Assembly: GCA_030390025.1 (NCBI GenBank)
Contig: JASTWF010000335.1
Location: forward strand, 248,001-312,000
DNA: 64,000 nt
Reading direction: 5' to 3'
Source of the DNA: Squalus acanthias
Taxonomy: Eukaryota
Made by a program: the position numbers and the translations under genes. The notes under the pieces are model-generated. The model was not told where the DNA came from. It worked only from the letters and a program-made list of their open reading frames with translations, and did no database searches. Each line of letters starts with the position of its first letter. Positions within the stretch are counted from its first letter, which is position 1. Of this stretch, positions 36,570 to 48,771 are shown piece after piece.

Positions 36570-38085
36570 AAAAGCTTTCCATTTATATACCACCTATCAC
36601 CTGAGGGAAAGGAATTTACACGGAGCCTTTCCCGACAGCAGGACACACACCAAAGCATTTTACAGGCAAGTGTAGTCAATGCTATAATGTAGGGAAATAC
36701 GGCAGCCAATCTGCGCACAGCAAGGTCCCAAAAATAGCAATGAGATAATAACCACATCATCTGTTTTTTTTAAGTGACGTTGGTTGAGGGATAAATATTA
36801 CGCACAGGACACCAGGGAGAATTACCGGCTCTTTTTCCAATAGTGGCCGTGGGATCTTTTACAGTCACCTGAGAGGGCAGACGCGGCCTCGGTTTAACGT
36901 CTCATCCGAAAAACGGCATCTCCGACAGTGCAGCGCTCCCTCAGTACTGCCCCTCCGACAGTGCAGCGCTCCCTCAGTACTGACCCTCCGACAGTGCAGC
37001 GCTCCCTCAGTACTGCCTCTCCGACAGTGCAGCGCTCCCTCAGTACTGCCTCTCCGGCAGTGCAGCGGAGCTCCCTCAGTACTGCCCCTCCGACAGTGCG
37101 GCGCTCCCTCAGTACTGCCTCTCCGACAGTGCGGCGCTCCCTCAGTACTGCCTCTCCGACAGTGCGGCGCTCCCTCAGTACTGCCTCTCCGACAGTGCGG
37201 CGCTCCCTCAGTACTGCCTCTCCGACAGTGCGGCGCTCCCTCAGTACTGTCCCTCCGACAGTGCAGCGCTCCCTCAGTACTGTCCCTCTGACAGTGCAGC
37301 GCTCCCTCAGTACTGATCCTCCGATAGTGCAGCACTCCCACAGTACTGATCCTCCGACAGTGCAGCGCTCCCTCAGTACTGATCCTCTGACAGTGCAGCG
37401 CTCCCTCAGTACTGCCCCTCCCACAGTGCAGCTCTCCCTCAGTACTGCCCCTCCGACAGTGCAGCGCTCCCTCAGTACTGCCCCTCCGACAGTGCAGCTC
37501 TCCCTCAGTACTGCCCCTCCGACAGTGCAGCGCTCCCTCAGTACTGCCCCTCCGACAGTGCAGCGCTCCCTCAGTACTGACCCTCCGACAGTGCAGCTCT
37601 CCCTCAGTACTGCCCCTCCGACAGTGCAGCGCTCCCTCAGTACTGACCCTCCGACAGTGCAGCGCTCCCTCAGTACTGCCCCTCCGACAGTGCAGCGCTC
37701 CCTCAGTACTGCCCCTCCGACAGTGCAGCGCTCCCACAGTACTGATCCTCCGATAGTGCAGCGCTCCCTCAGTACTGCCCCTCCGACAGTGCGGCGCTCC
37801 CTCAGTACTGCCCCTCCGATAGTGCAGCGCTCCCTCAGTACTGCCCCTCTGACAGTGCGGCGCTCCCTCAGTACTGCCCCTCCGACAGTGTAGCGCTCCC
37901 TCAGTACTGATCCTCCGACACTGCAGCGCTCCCTCAGCACTGCCTCTCCCATAGTGTAGTGCTCCCTTAGCACTGGCACCAGGCAGTGTCGGCCTGGATT
38001 CTGGGGCTCGAGTCGCTAGAGTGGGGCTCGAACGCACGACCTTCTGGCTGAGAATCGAGAGCAACACCACTGAGCCACGGCTGAC
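36570..38085 (-). mobile_element. Deu-domain SINE with an internal 33-bp array of about 32 units
   Basis: Head at 38085-37980 (gtggctcagtgg...gttcgagccc), array at 37975-36920, Deu core and tail to about 36570. Confidence 0.88.
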
Positions 38086-38148
38086 CCCTCGCTCCTTCCC
38101 GAAGCGCTGCGAGTATGTGAAACACAAACACAGATTGTATCATCTTAC

Positions 38149-38223
38149 GCCAAGATGTCTCATGCGTCGTGGTTCTTCACGCAGTAGATTTGCAGGAGAG
38201 CAGGCATCAAAGACAGATGACAT
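38149..38223 (-). CDS. ms4a: MS4A/CD20-family protein, coding exon 1: MSSVFDACSPANLLREEPRRMRHLG (exon 38226-38149)
   Basis: cttcctttccaaacag|GAGATG ... GGC|gtaaga. Only this frame is open. LLREEP...LG resembles the MS4A L+GEP+.LG pre-TM1 motif. Confidence 0.82.
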
Positions 38224-38277
38224 CTCCTGTTTGGAAAGGAAGTCTATATTAGTATACGCCAAGATAAACTAGCGCGC

Positions 38278-38522
38278 TATGGTCCTCGCCCCCTCCCTCT
38301 CTCTGTAACCCCCTCCAGCCCCGACAACCCTCCAAGATCTCTGCGCTCCTCCAATTTTGGCCTCTTGCTCATTCCCCGATTTCCGTCGCCCCACATGTGC
38401 GGCCGTGCCTTTCAGCTGCCGAGGCTCCTCAGCTCTGGAATTCCCTCCCTAAACCTCTCCACCTCTCTTTCCTCTTTGAAGACGCTCCTTAAAACCTGCC
38501 TCTTTGACCAAGCTTTTGCCAC
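38278..38522 (+). mobile_element. L2-type LINE 3' fragment
   Basis: GLAP..L.N.LQP.NPPRSLRSS...LWNSLP...LKTLLKT.LFDQAF-like decayed frame. Confidence 0.7.
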
Positions 38523-38894
38523 GTGCAATTTGCCCCGCTGTTAAAGCGTGGACGCATGTCTTCAAGCGAGAGGTTGTTGCAAGGGAGTTACAGCAGGTCA
38601 GCCCCACCTCAGGCTTTTCTGATGTGTTCATCTGGCGCTCCGAAAGTGCAAATTCTGGCCTCTTGCCTGATCAGGAAATCAGCCCCAACACCCTTCTACA
38701 GTGCCGAGAACTTGGGCCACGTATGCACTGCCCTGCTGAGAAACATTGCTTGCTTGCACGGAGACCCAATCCGAGGATGATGTGCAGACATTGACTGAAA
38801 GGTGTCAGGCCACACCGGAAGTGACAGTACGGGAAGTACTGGCCTTCAGATTCTCCCGAAACAAAGGACCGTGTATATTGGCATCCCAGCCCCT

Positions 38895-39548
38895 TGCCTG
38901 CTTCTTCTCAACACCTTCCCTCCCCTTCTTTCCGCAGCCCTCCCTCTCCTCACTCACTTCCCTCTCAAATTTCCAAACCTTCACCCAGCCTCTATCCCCT
39001 CTGTCTTCCTTCCCTCCCCCTTCCCTCCCCTCCTCTAACATCCTCTTCTCGCTCTGCTTTTGTCTCTTCCTTCTTCTGCCCTTCCCCTCCCTACTTCTCT
39101 GCAATTACCTTCCCCTCCACCACACACCCCATCCCTCCTTCCCTCTCCCTAATCCACTCCTCTCCCTCTTTCTGCCCTCCAATTCCCCCTCCTGGTCCCT
39201 TTCCTCCTCCCCTTGTCCACACTCCCTTCCTCCTCCCCTCTCCCTTCCTTCCCCTTCGCACCTCGTCTCCTCTCTGCACCAGCCTCCTCCCTCACTTTAC
39301 TCTCCTCCCTCCTCTCCCCTTTCCTATTCCCTACCCACACCCCATCACTCCACCCCTCTTCTCCTCGCCCTCCCTTTTCCACTTCTCTTCTCCCCACTTC
39401 GACTGTCCCCTACCTCTTCACTAACTCTCTCTTTCTTCACCCTCCTGTCTTCCCTTCTCTGATTGCCGCCTTTTCCATCCCCTCTCTTCTCCTCCCCTTC
39501 TCTCTCTTCTATTGCCCCTACCTAACGCCTTCTCCTTCCTTCCCCTGC
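38895..39548. repeat. Polypyrimidine/polypurine low-complexity tract
   Basis: About 650 bp that is almost entirely C/T on the plus strand. Confidence 0.85.
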
Positions 39549-39884
39549 CGTATTATTCCAAGACCTGCCTTGTGACAACGGCAATGTTCTGATGAATGGT
39601 CATCGACGAACTCTGTTTCTCTCTCCACAGATGTTGCCTGACCAGCTCTGTATTTCCACTTTTTATTGCCGCTTTCCAGATTACAAAGTTTTGTAGCAAT
39701 GCTAAGAGCATTTTGTAAACCTAACAACGAACCCCAACATCCGAATCACGAACCAAAAACACCCGAACCACTAACTCCAGCAACCTAACCACGAAACCTA
39801 ACACTGCCCTTAATCCCAACACCCGAACCACTGCCCTTAATCCCAACACCCGAACCACGACCCTGAACCATGAATATCCCGAAC

Positions 39885-42800
39885 CAAATCCCGACACCCT
39901 GTCCCTCACCCAGACTCCCCGTCCCTCGCCCCGACTCCCCGTCCCTCGCCCCGACTCCCCGTCCCTCGGCCCGACACCCCGTCCCTCGCCCCGACTCCCC
40001 GTCCCTCGCCCCGACTCCCCGTCCCTCGCCCCGACACCCCGTCCCACGCCCCGACTCCCCGTCCCACGCCCCGACTCCCCGTCCCACGCCCCGACTCCCC
40101 GTCCCACGCCCCGACTCCCCGTCCCACGCCCCGACTCCCCGTCCCACGCCCCGACTCCCCGTCCCACGCCCCGACTCCCCGTCCCTCGCCCCGACTCCTC
40201 CTCCCTCGCCCCGACTCCCCGTCCCTCGCCCCGACTCCCAGTCCCTCGCCCCGACTCCCCGTCCCTCGCACCGACTCCCCGTCCCTCGCCCCGACTCCCC
40301 GTCCCACGATCCGACTCCCCGTCCCTCGCCCCGACTCCCCTGTCCCTCGCCCCGACTCCCTGTCCCTCGCCCCGACTCCCTGTCGCTCGCCCCGACACCC
40401 TGTCCCTCGCCCCGACTCCCTGTCCCACGCCCCGACTCCCTGTCCCTCGCCCCGACTCCGTCCCTCGCCCCGACTCCCTGTCCCACGCCCCGACATCCTG
40501 TCCCTCGCCCCGACTCCCTGTCCCTCGCCCCGACTCCCTGTCCCACGCTCCGACTCCCTGTCCCACGCCCCGACTCCCTGTCCCTCGCCCCGACATCCTG
40601 TCCCTCGCCCCGACACCCTGTCCCTCGCCCCGACTCCCTGTCCCTCGCCCCGACTCCCTGTCCCTCGCCCCGACACCCTGTCCCTCGCCCCGACACCCTG
40701 TCCCTCGCCCCGACTCCCGGTCCCACGCCCCGACTCCCTGTCCCTCGCCCCGACTCCGTCCCTCGCCCCGACTCCGTCCCACGCCCCGACTCCCTGTCCC
40801 TCGCCCCGACACCCTGTCCCTCACCCCGAAACCCTGTCCCTCGCCCCGACACCCTGTCCCTCGCACCGACACCCCGTCCCTCGCCCCGACTCCCCGTCCC
40901 TCGCCCCGACTCCCCGTCCCACGCCCCGGCTCCCCGTCCCTCGCCCCGACTCCGTCCCTCGCCCCGACTCCGTCCCTCGCCCCGACTCCGTCCCTCGCCC
41001 CGACTCCCTGTCCCTCGCCCCGACACCCTGTCCCTCACTTCGACTCCCTGTCCCTCACCCCGACTCCCTGTCCCTCACCCCGACTCCCTGTCCCTACCCT
41101 GTCCCTCGCCCCGACTCCCTGTCCCACGCCCCGACACCCTGTCTCTCAGCCCGACACCCTGTCCCTCGCCCCGACACCCTGTCCCTCGCCCCGACACCCT
41201 GTCCCTCGCTCCGACTCCCTGTCCCCCGCCCCGACTCCCTGTCCCCCGCCCCGACTCCCTGTCCCCCGCCCCGACTCCCTGTCCCCCGCCCCGACTCCCC
41301 GTCCCCCGCCCCGACTCCCCGTCCCTCGCCCCGACTCCCTGTCCCTCGCCCCGACTCCCTGTCCCTCGCCCCGACTCCCTGTCCCTCGCCCCGACTCCCT
41401 GTCCCTATCCTGTCCCTCGCCCCGACTCCCTGTCCCACGCCCCGACTCCCTGTCCCTCGACCCGACTCCGTCCCACGCCCCGACTCCCGGTCCCTCGCCC
41501 CGAAACCCCGTCCCTCGCCCCGACACCCCGTCCCTCGCACCGACTCCCCGTCCCTCGCCCCGACTCCCCGTCCCTCGCCCCGACTCCCCGTCCCTCGCAC
41601 AGACACCCCGTCCCTCGCCCCGACTCCCCGTCCCACGCCCCGACTCCGTCCCACGTCCCGACTCCCTGTCCCACGCCCCGACTCCCTGTCCCTCGCCCCG
41701 ACTCCCTGTCCCTCGCCCCGACTCCCTGTCCCTCGCCCCGACTCCCTGTCCCTCGCCCCGACTCCCTGTCCCTCGCCCCGACTCCCTGTCCCTCGCCCCG
41801 ACTCCCTGTCCCTCGCCCCGACTCCCTGTCCCTCGTTCCGACTCCCTGTCCCTCGCCCCGACTCCCTGTCCCTCGCCCCGACTCCCTGTCCCTCGCCCCG
41901 ACTCCCTGTCCCTCGCCCCGACTCCCTGTCCCACGAACCGACTCCCTGTCCCTCACCCGACTCCGTCTCACACGCCCCGACTCCCTGTCCCTCGCCCCGA
42001 CTCCCTGTCCCACAAACCGACTCCCTGTCCCTCACCCCGACTCCCTGTCCCGCACCCCGACTCACTGTCTCTCACCCCGACTCCCTGTCCCTCACCCCGA
42101 CACCCTATCCCTGACCTCGACACCCTATCCCTGACCCCGCCACCCTATCCCTGACCCCGCCACCCTATCCCTGACCCCGGCACCCTATCCCTGATCCCGG
42201 CACCCTATCCCTGACTCCGACACCCTATCCCTGACTCTAACCCTATCCCTAACACCGACACCCTATCCCTGACCCCGATACCCTATCCCTGACCTCGACA
42301 CCCTATCCCTGACCCCGACACCCTATCCCTGACTCTGAGACCCTTTCCCTAACACCGACACCCTATCCCTGACCCCGACACCCTAATCCTGACCCCGACA
42401 CCCTATCCCTGACCCCGACACCCTATCCCTGACCCCGACACCCTATCCCTGACCCCGACACCCTATCCCTGACCCCGACACCCAACCCTGACCCCGACAC
42501 CCTATCGCTGACTCTGAGACCCTATCCCTGACCCCGACACCCTATCCCTGACTCCGACACCCTATCCCTGACCCCGACACCCTATCCCTGACTCCGACAC
42601 CCTATCCCTGACTCCGACACTCTATCCCTGACCTCGACACCCTATCCCTGACCCCGACACCCTATCCCTGACCCCGACAGCCTATCCCTGACCTCGACAC
42701 CCTATCCCTGACCCCGACACCCTATCCCTGACCCCGACACTCTATCCCTGACGTCGACACTCGAACTCTGACACCAAACACTCGAAGCCTGACCCCCAAC

Positions 42801-45800
42801 ACTCGAACCCTGACCCCGACAATCGGACCCTGACCCCGACATCTTATCCCTGACCCCAACACCCTATGCCTGACCTCGACACCCTATCCCTGACCCCGAC
42901 ACACTATCCCTGACCCCGACACCCTATCCCTGACCTCGACACCCTATCCCTGACCCCGACACCCTATCCCTTACATCGACACCCTATCCCTGACCCCGAC
43001 ACCCTATCCCTGACCTCGACACCCTATCCCTGACCCCGACACCCTATCCCTTACATCGACACCCTATCCCTGACCCCGACACCCTATGCCTGACCTCGAC
43101 ACCCTATCCCTGACCCCGACACCCTATCCCTGACCCCGACACCCTATCCCTGACCCCGACACCCTATCCCTGACCCCGACACCCTATCCCTGACCCCGAC
43201 ACCCTATCCCTGACCCCGACACCCTATCCCTGACTCTGAGACCCTATCCCTGACCCCGACACCCTATCCCTGACCCCGACACACTATCCCTGACTCCGAC
43301 ACCCTATCCCTGACCTCGACATCCTATCCCCGACCCCGACACCCTATCCCTGACCTCGACACCCTATCCCTGACCCCGACACCCTATCCCTGACCCCGAC
43401 ACCCTATCCCTGACTCTGAGACCCTATCCCTGACCCCGACACCCTATCCCTGACCCCGACACCCTATCCCTGACTCTGAGACCCTTTCCCTAACACCGAC
43501 ACCCTATCCCTGACCCCGATACCCTATCCATGACCCCGACACCCTATCCCTGACCCCGACACCCTATCCCTGACTCTGAGACCCTTTCCCTAACACCGAC
43601 ACCCTATCCCTGACCACGACACCCTATCCCTGACCCCGACACCCTATCCCTGACCCCGACACCCTATCCCTGACTCTGAGACCCTATCCATGACCCCGAC
43701 ACCCTATCCCTGACTCTGAGACCCTATCCCTGACCCCGACACCCTATCCCTGACTCTGAGACCCTATCCATGACCCCGACACCCTATCCCTGACCCCGAC
43801 ACCCTATCCCTGACCCCGACACCCTATCCCTGACTCTGAGACCCTATCCCTAACACCGACACCCTATCCCTGACCCCGACACCCTATCCCTGACTCCGAC
43901 ACCCTATCCCTAACACCGACACCCTATCCCTGACTCTGAGACCCTTTCCCTAACACCGACACCCTATCCCTGACCCCGACATCCTATCCATGACCCCGAC
44001 ACCCTATCCCTGACCCCGACACCCTATCCCTGACCCCGACACCCTATCCCTGACTCTGAGACCCTATGCCTAACACCGACACCCTATCCCTGACCCCGAC
44101 ACCCTATCCCTGACCCCGACACCCTATCCCTGACCCCGACACCCTATCCCTGACCCCGAGACCCTATCCCTCACACCGACACCCTATCCCTGACTCCGAC
44201 ACCCTATCCCTGACTCCGACACTCTGTCCCTGACCTCGACACTCTGTCCCTGACCTCGACACTCGAACTCTGACCCCAAACACTCGAAGCCTGACCCCCA
44301 ACACTCGAACCCTGACCCCGACAATCGGACCCTGACCCCGACACCCTATCCCTGACCCCGACACCCTATCCCTTACATCGACACCCTATCCCTGACCCCG
44401 ACACCCTATCTCTTACACCGACACCCTATCCCTGACCCCGGCACCCTATGCCTGACCTCGACACCCTATCCCTGACCCCAACACCCTATCCTTGAACTCG
44501 ACACTCGAACCCTGACCCCCCAACACTCAAACCCTGACCCTCAACACTCGAACTCTGACCCCTCACCCTATCCCTGACCCCGACACTTGAACCCTGACCC
44601 CGACACGCTATCCCTCTCCCCGACACCCTATCCTGACCCCGACACCCTATCCCTGACCCCGACACCCTATCCATCTCTCTGACACCCTATCTCTCTCCCC
44701 GACACCCTATCCATCTCTCCGACACCCTATCCCTGACCCCGACACCCTATCTCTCCCCCCGACACCCTGTCCATCTCCCCGACACCCTATCAGCGAATCA
44801 GCGAATCAGCGAATAGTACAGCACAGAAGGAGGCCATTCGGCCCATCGAGTATGTGCCGGCTCTTTCGAAGAGCAACCCAGTTAGTCCCACTCCCCTGCT
44901 CATTCCCCAAACCCCTGCAATGTTTTCTCCTTCCAGTATTTATCCAATTCCCTTTTGAAGGCTGCTATTGAATCTGTATCCACCAGCCTATCAGGCAGTG
45001 TATTCCAAACCACTCGTTACATAAACAGGTTTTTCCTCTATCAATCTCAGTTTCTCACACACACAGAATCCCCACAGTACAGATAGAGGCCATCTCGGCC
45101 CATCGAGCCTGCACCGACACATATCCCACCCTATCCCCGTGTATTTAATTCCCCCTAACATATCCCAACCTATCCCCGTAACCCCACATATTTAATCCCC
45201 CCCGAACACTATCCCTTCCCCAGACACCCTATCAATCTCCCCGACACCCTATCAATCTTCCCGACAGCCTATCCCTGACCCCGACACTTGAACCCAGACC
45301 ACCACACCCTATCCATCTCCCCGACACCCTATCCCTCCCCCCGACACCCTATCCCTCCCCCGACACCCTATCCCTCCCCCGACACCCTATCCCTCCCCCG
45401 ACACCCTATCCCTCCCCCGACACCCTGTCCATCTCCCCAACACCATAACCCTCCCTGCAACACCCTATCAATCTCCCCGACACCCTATCGCTCCCTATCC
45501 CTCCCCCGACACCCTGTCCATCTCCCCGACACCCTATCCCTCTCCCCGACACCCTATCCATCTGCCCGACACCCTATCCCTCCCCCCGAGACCCTATCCA
45601 TCTGCCCGACACCCTATCCCTCTCCCCGACACCCTATCCCTCCCCCCCGACACCCTATCCCTCCCCCCGACACCCTATCCCTCCGGATCCCTTCCCCCGA
45701 CACCCTATCCCTCTCCCCGACACCCTATCCCTCCCCCCGACACCCTATCCCTCCGGATCCCTTCCCCCGACACCCTATCCCTCTCCCCGACACCCTATCC

Positions 45801-46670
45801 ATCTGCCCGACACCCTATCCCTCCCCCCGAGACCCTATCCATCTGCCCGACACCCTATCCCTCTCCCCGACACCCTATCCCTCCCCCCCGACACCCTATC
45901 CCTCCAGATCCCTTCCCCCGACACCCTATCCCTCTCCCCGACACCCTATCCCTCCCCCCGACACCCTATCCCTCCGGATCCCTTCCCCCGACACCCTATC
46001 CATCTCCCCGACACCCTATCCCTCCCCCCGACACCCTATCCCTCCGGATCCCTCCCCCCCGAGACCCTATCCATCTGCCCGACACCCTATCCCTCTCCCC
46101 GACACCCTATCCCTCCTCCCGACACCCTATCCCTCCCCTCGACACCCTATCTCTCTCCGCGACACCCTATCCCTCCGGATCCCTTCCCCCGACACCCTAT
46201 CCATCTCCCCGACACCCTATCCCTCCCCCCGACACCCTATCCCTCCGGATCCCTTCCCCCGACACCCTATCCATCTGCCCAACACCCTATCCCTCCCCCC
46301 GACAATCTCCCCAACACCCTTTCCCTGGCCCCGACACCCTATCCCTGACCCCGACACCCTATCACTGACCTCAACACTCTAACCCAGAACCCGGACCCAG
46401 ACCCCGATACCCGGCACCCCGACCCTCGAACCCTGACCCTATACCCGACAATGCAACACTGGATTCCTGACCCCAACAATGCAACACTGGATTCTTTACC
46501 CCGACAATGCAACACTGGATTCCTGACCCCAACATTGGAACGCTGAACCAACACTCGAATCCTGACCCCTATACCTGGCCCCAGACCCCAGCACCCGAAC
46601 CCCCGACACTCGAACCCCGACCCTCGAAACCTGACCCCAACACTCGAACCCTGACCCCAGCACACTCTCC
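39885..46670. repeat. C-rich 20-bp satellite domain of about 6.8 kb in three successive variants
   Basis: ccgactccc(c/t)gtccctcgcc (39.9-42.1 kb), ccgacaccctatccctgacc (42.1-44.7 kb) and ccgacaccctatccctcccc (45.2-46.35 kb). It is interrupted at 44790-45210 by CR1-tail and V-SINE fragments. Confidence 0.95.
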
Positions 46671-47038
46671 CTAAACCACGTGGGCCCCACCGGCGATTGT
46701 GACGGCGCCAACAATTGTGACGCCACCGGTCGCGGCGACCTCACTGGCTATTGTGACGTCACCTGCCATTGTGACGCCACCGGCCGTTGGCACGTCACCG
46801 GCTATTGTGACGTCACCTGCCATTGTGACGCCGCCGGCGCGGGCGGGCCGGTTTGCGGCTCTGATGAAAGGCGGACCGGCAAGGACCATGTCTCGACGCC
46901 CCTTTCCTCTCCACGGCCTCTCGACGCCCCATCACCTCTCTCTTTCTCCCTTTTTTTTGGTTCTCACCCAATCCTCCCCCCCCCCCGACATCCCATCACC
47001 GTTTCCCGTCCCCATGGCCCCCGGCCGCCACCTCTCAC

Positions 47039-47150
47039 CTCCCAGCTGTCGCTCCGCCGGAGCCTCCCTCGCACCTGCGCAAATCAAGCGGCAGCCCCCA
47101 CGTGGTTAACATTTGAAGGCGCGCCGCGCGCTCTAAACCGCCGCCGGTCA
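47039..47150 (-). other. Candidate non-coding exon 1 (start approximate)
   Basis: Donor GGGAG|GTGAGA inside the CpG island. The nearest downstream coding acceptor is 38226. Confidence 0.55.
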
Positions 47151-47178
47151 CGTCAGGAGGGAAGGGGCGGGGCCAAGC

Positions 47179-47540
47179 GTTAACGCCTGCGCACAACGTG
47201 CCGCGGGTGCGGGGGGAGGGAGGGGGGCGGGGCAAGGTGTTAACGCCTGCGCACAACGTGCCGCGGCACTTAACGCCTGCGCACAACGTGCCGCGGGTGC
47301 GGGGGGAGGGAGGGGGGCGGGGCAAGGTGTTAACGCCTGCGCACAACGTGCCGCGGCAGCGGGGGGAGGGAGGGAGGCGGGGCAAGGTGTTAACGCCTGC
47401 GCACAACGTGCCGCGGTAGCAGGGCAAGGTGTTAACGCCTGCGCACAACGTGCCGCGGTAGCAGGGCAAGGTGTTAACGCCTGCGCACAACGTGCCGCGG
47501 TAGCAGGGCAAGGTGTTAACGCCTGCGCACAACGTGCCGC
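47179..47540. repeat. Promoter VNTR: 8 copies of ttaacgcctgcgcacaacgtgccgc in 30/42/60-bp units
   Basis: Cores at about 47181, 47241, 47271, 47331, 47391, 47433, 47475 and 47517. Confidence 0.92.
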
Positions 47541-47714
47541 TGGAGCCACCTGACGCATGCGCAGCAGCACGTGGCCGGCTTCCCCCATCCCCCCAGCCCT
47601 GAGTTGCCATCAATGGGCAGCAAAGGAGGTTGTAATGTTGGATTGCTGCATGGGCGATTTGCAACCAGACACTTTTCCCATTGCAACTGCCCGTACTTTA
47701 TGCCGATGCCCTTT

Positions 47715-48450
47715 CAACATACGAACATACTGAACATACGAATTAGGAGCAGGAATAGGCCACTCGGCCCCTCGAGCCTGTTCCGCCATTCAACAAGATC
47801 ATGGCTGGTCTGATTGCTCCACATTCCCGCCTACCCCCGATAACCTTTCACCCCCTTGCTTATCAAGAATCTCTCTACCCCTGCCTTAAAAATATTCACA
47901 GACTCTGCTTCCAACGCCCTTTGAGGAAGAGAGTTCCAAAGACTCACGACCCTCTGTGAGAAAAACATTTCTCCTCATCTCTGTCTTAAATGGGCGACCC
48001 CTTATTTTTAAACAGTGACCCCTAGGTCTAGATTCTCCCACAAGAGGAAACATCCTCTCCACATCCACCCTGTCCAGACCCCTCAGGATCTTATACGTTT
48101 CAATCAAGCCACCTCTTACTCTTCTAAACTCCAGCGGATACAAGCCTAGCCTGTCCAACCTTTTCTCATAAGACAACCCGCCCATTCCAGATATTAGTCT
48201 AGTAAACCTTCTGTGAACTGTTTCCAATGCATTTACATCCTTCCGTAAATAAGGAGGCCAATACTGTACACAGTACTCCAGATGTGGTCTCACCAATGCC
48301 CTGTGTAACTGAAGCATAACCTCCCTACTTTTGTATTCAATTCCCCTCGCAATAAACGATAACATTGTATTAGCTTTCCTAATTACTTGCTGTACCTGCA
48401 TACTAACCTTTTGCGATTCATGCACTCGGACACCCAGATCCCTCTGCATT
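47715..48450 (-). mobile_element. CR1 3' fragment
   Basis: ORF 47886..48449(-) plus 3'UTR and tail. Confidence 0.88.
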
Positions 48451-48771
48451 TCACCATCCCATTAAGTTGCAAAAGAATATATATCATAGAATCATAGAAT
48501 GATACAGTGCAGAAAGAGGCCATTCGGCCCGTCCAACCTGTGCCGGCTCTTTGGTAGAGCTTTCCAATTAGTCCCACTCCCCACCGCTTTCTCTCCATAG
48601 CCAGTATCGATCCAATTCCTCAGCTGGAGTATTGTGTCCAATTCTTGGGCACCACACTTTCGGAAGGATGAGGAGATTTAAGAGGAGATTTACCAGAATG
48701 GTACCAGGGATGAGGGTCTTCAGTTATGGAGAGATTTAGAGAAGCTGGGATTATAGCAGAGAAGATTAAGG

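Larger units (their letters stand above)
46675..47585. promoter_or_regulatory. CpG-island promoter (CRE, E-box, GC-box, NRF1-like sites), likely for the MS4A-like gene
   Basis: TGACGTCA at 46754 and 46808, CCACGTGG at about 46676 and 47098, GGGGCGGGG boxes, CGCCTGCGCA x8, and CGCATGCGCA at about 47554. Confidence 0.72.

Noticed and set aside
38149..38163. MRHLG matches my recollection of the transcobalamin II N-terminus
   Set aside because: Five-residue coincidence; the downstream exons are clearly MS4A-like.
39580..39680. Plus-strand acceptor-like ctctgtttctctctccacag and a CTGATGA box
   Set aside because: Decayed Penelope-type terminal repeat related to 31960-32070; the GAAA box and stem II are lost, so it is not called as a ribozyme or exon.
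39721..46382. Pro-rich and Gly/Arg-rich ORFs
   Set aside because: Translation of the 20-bp satellite.
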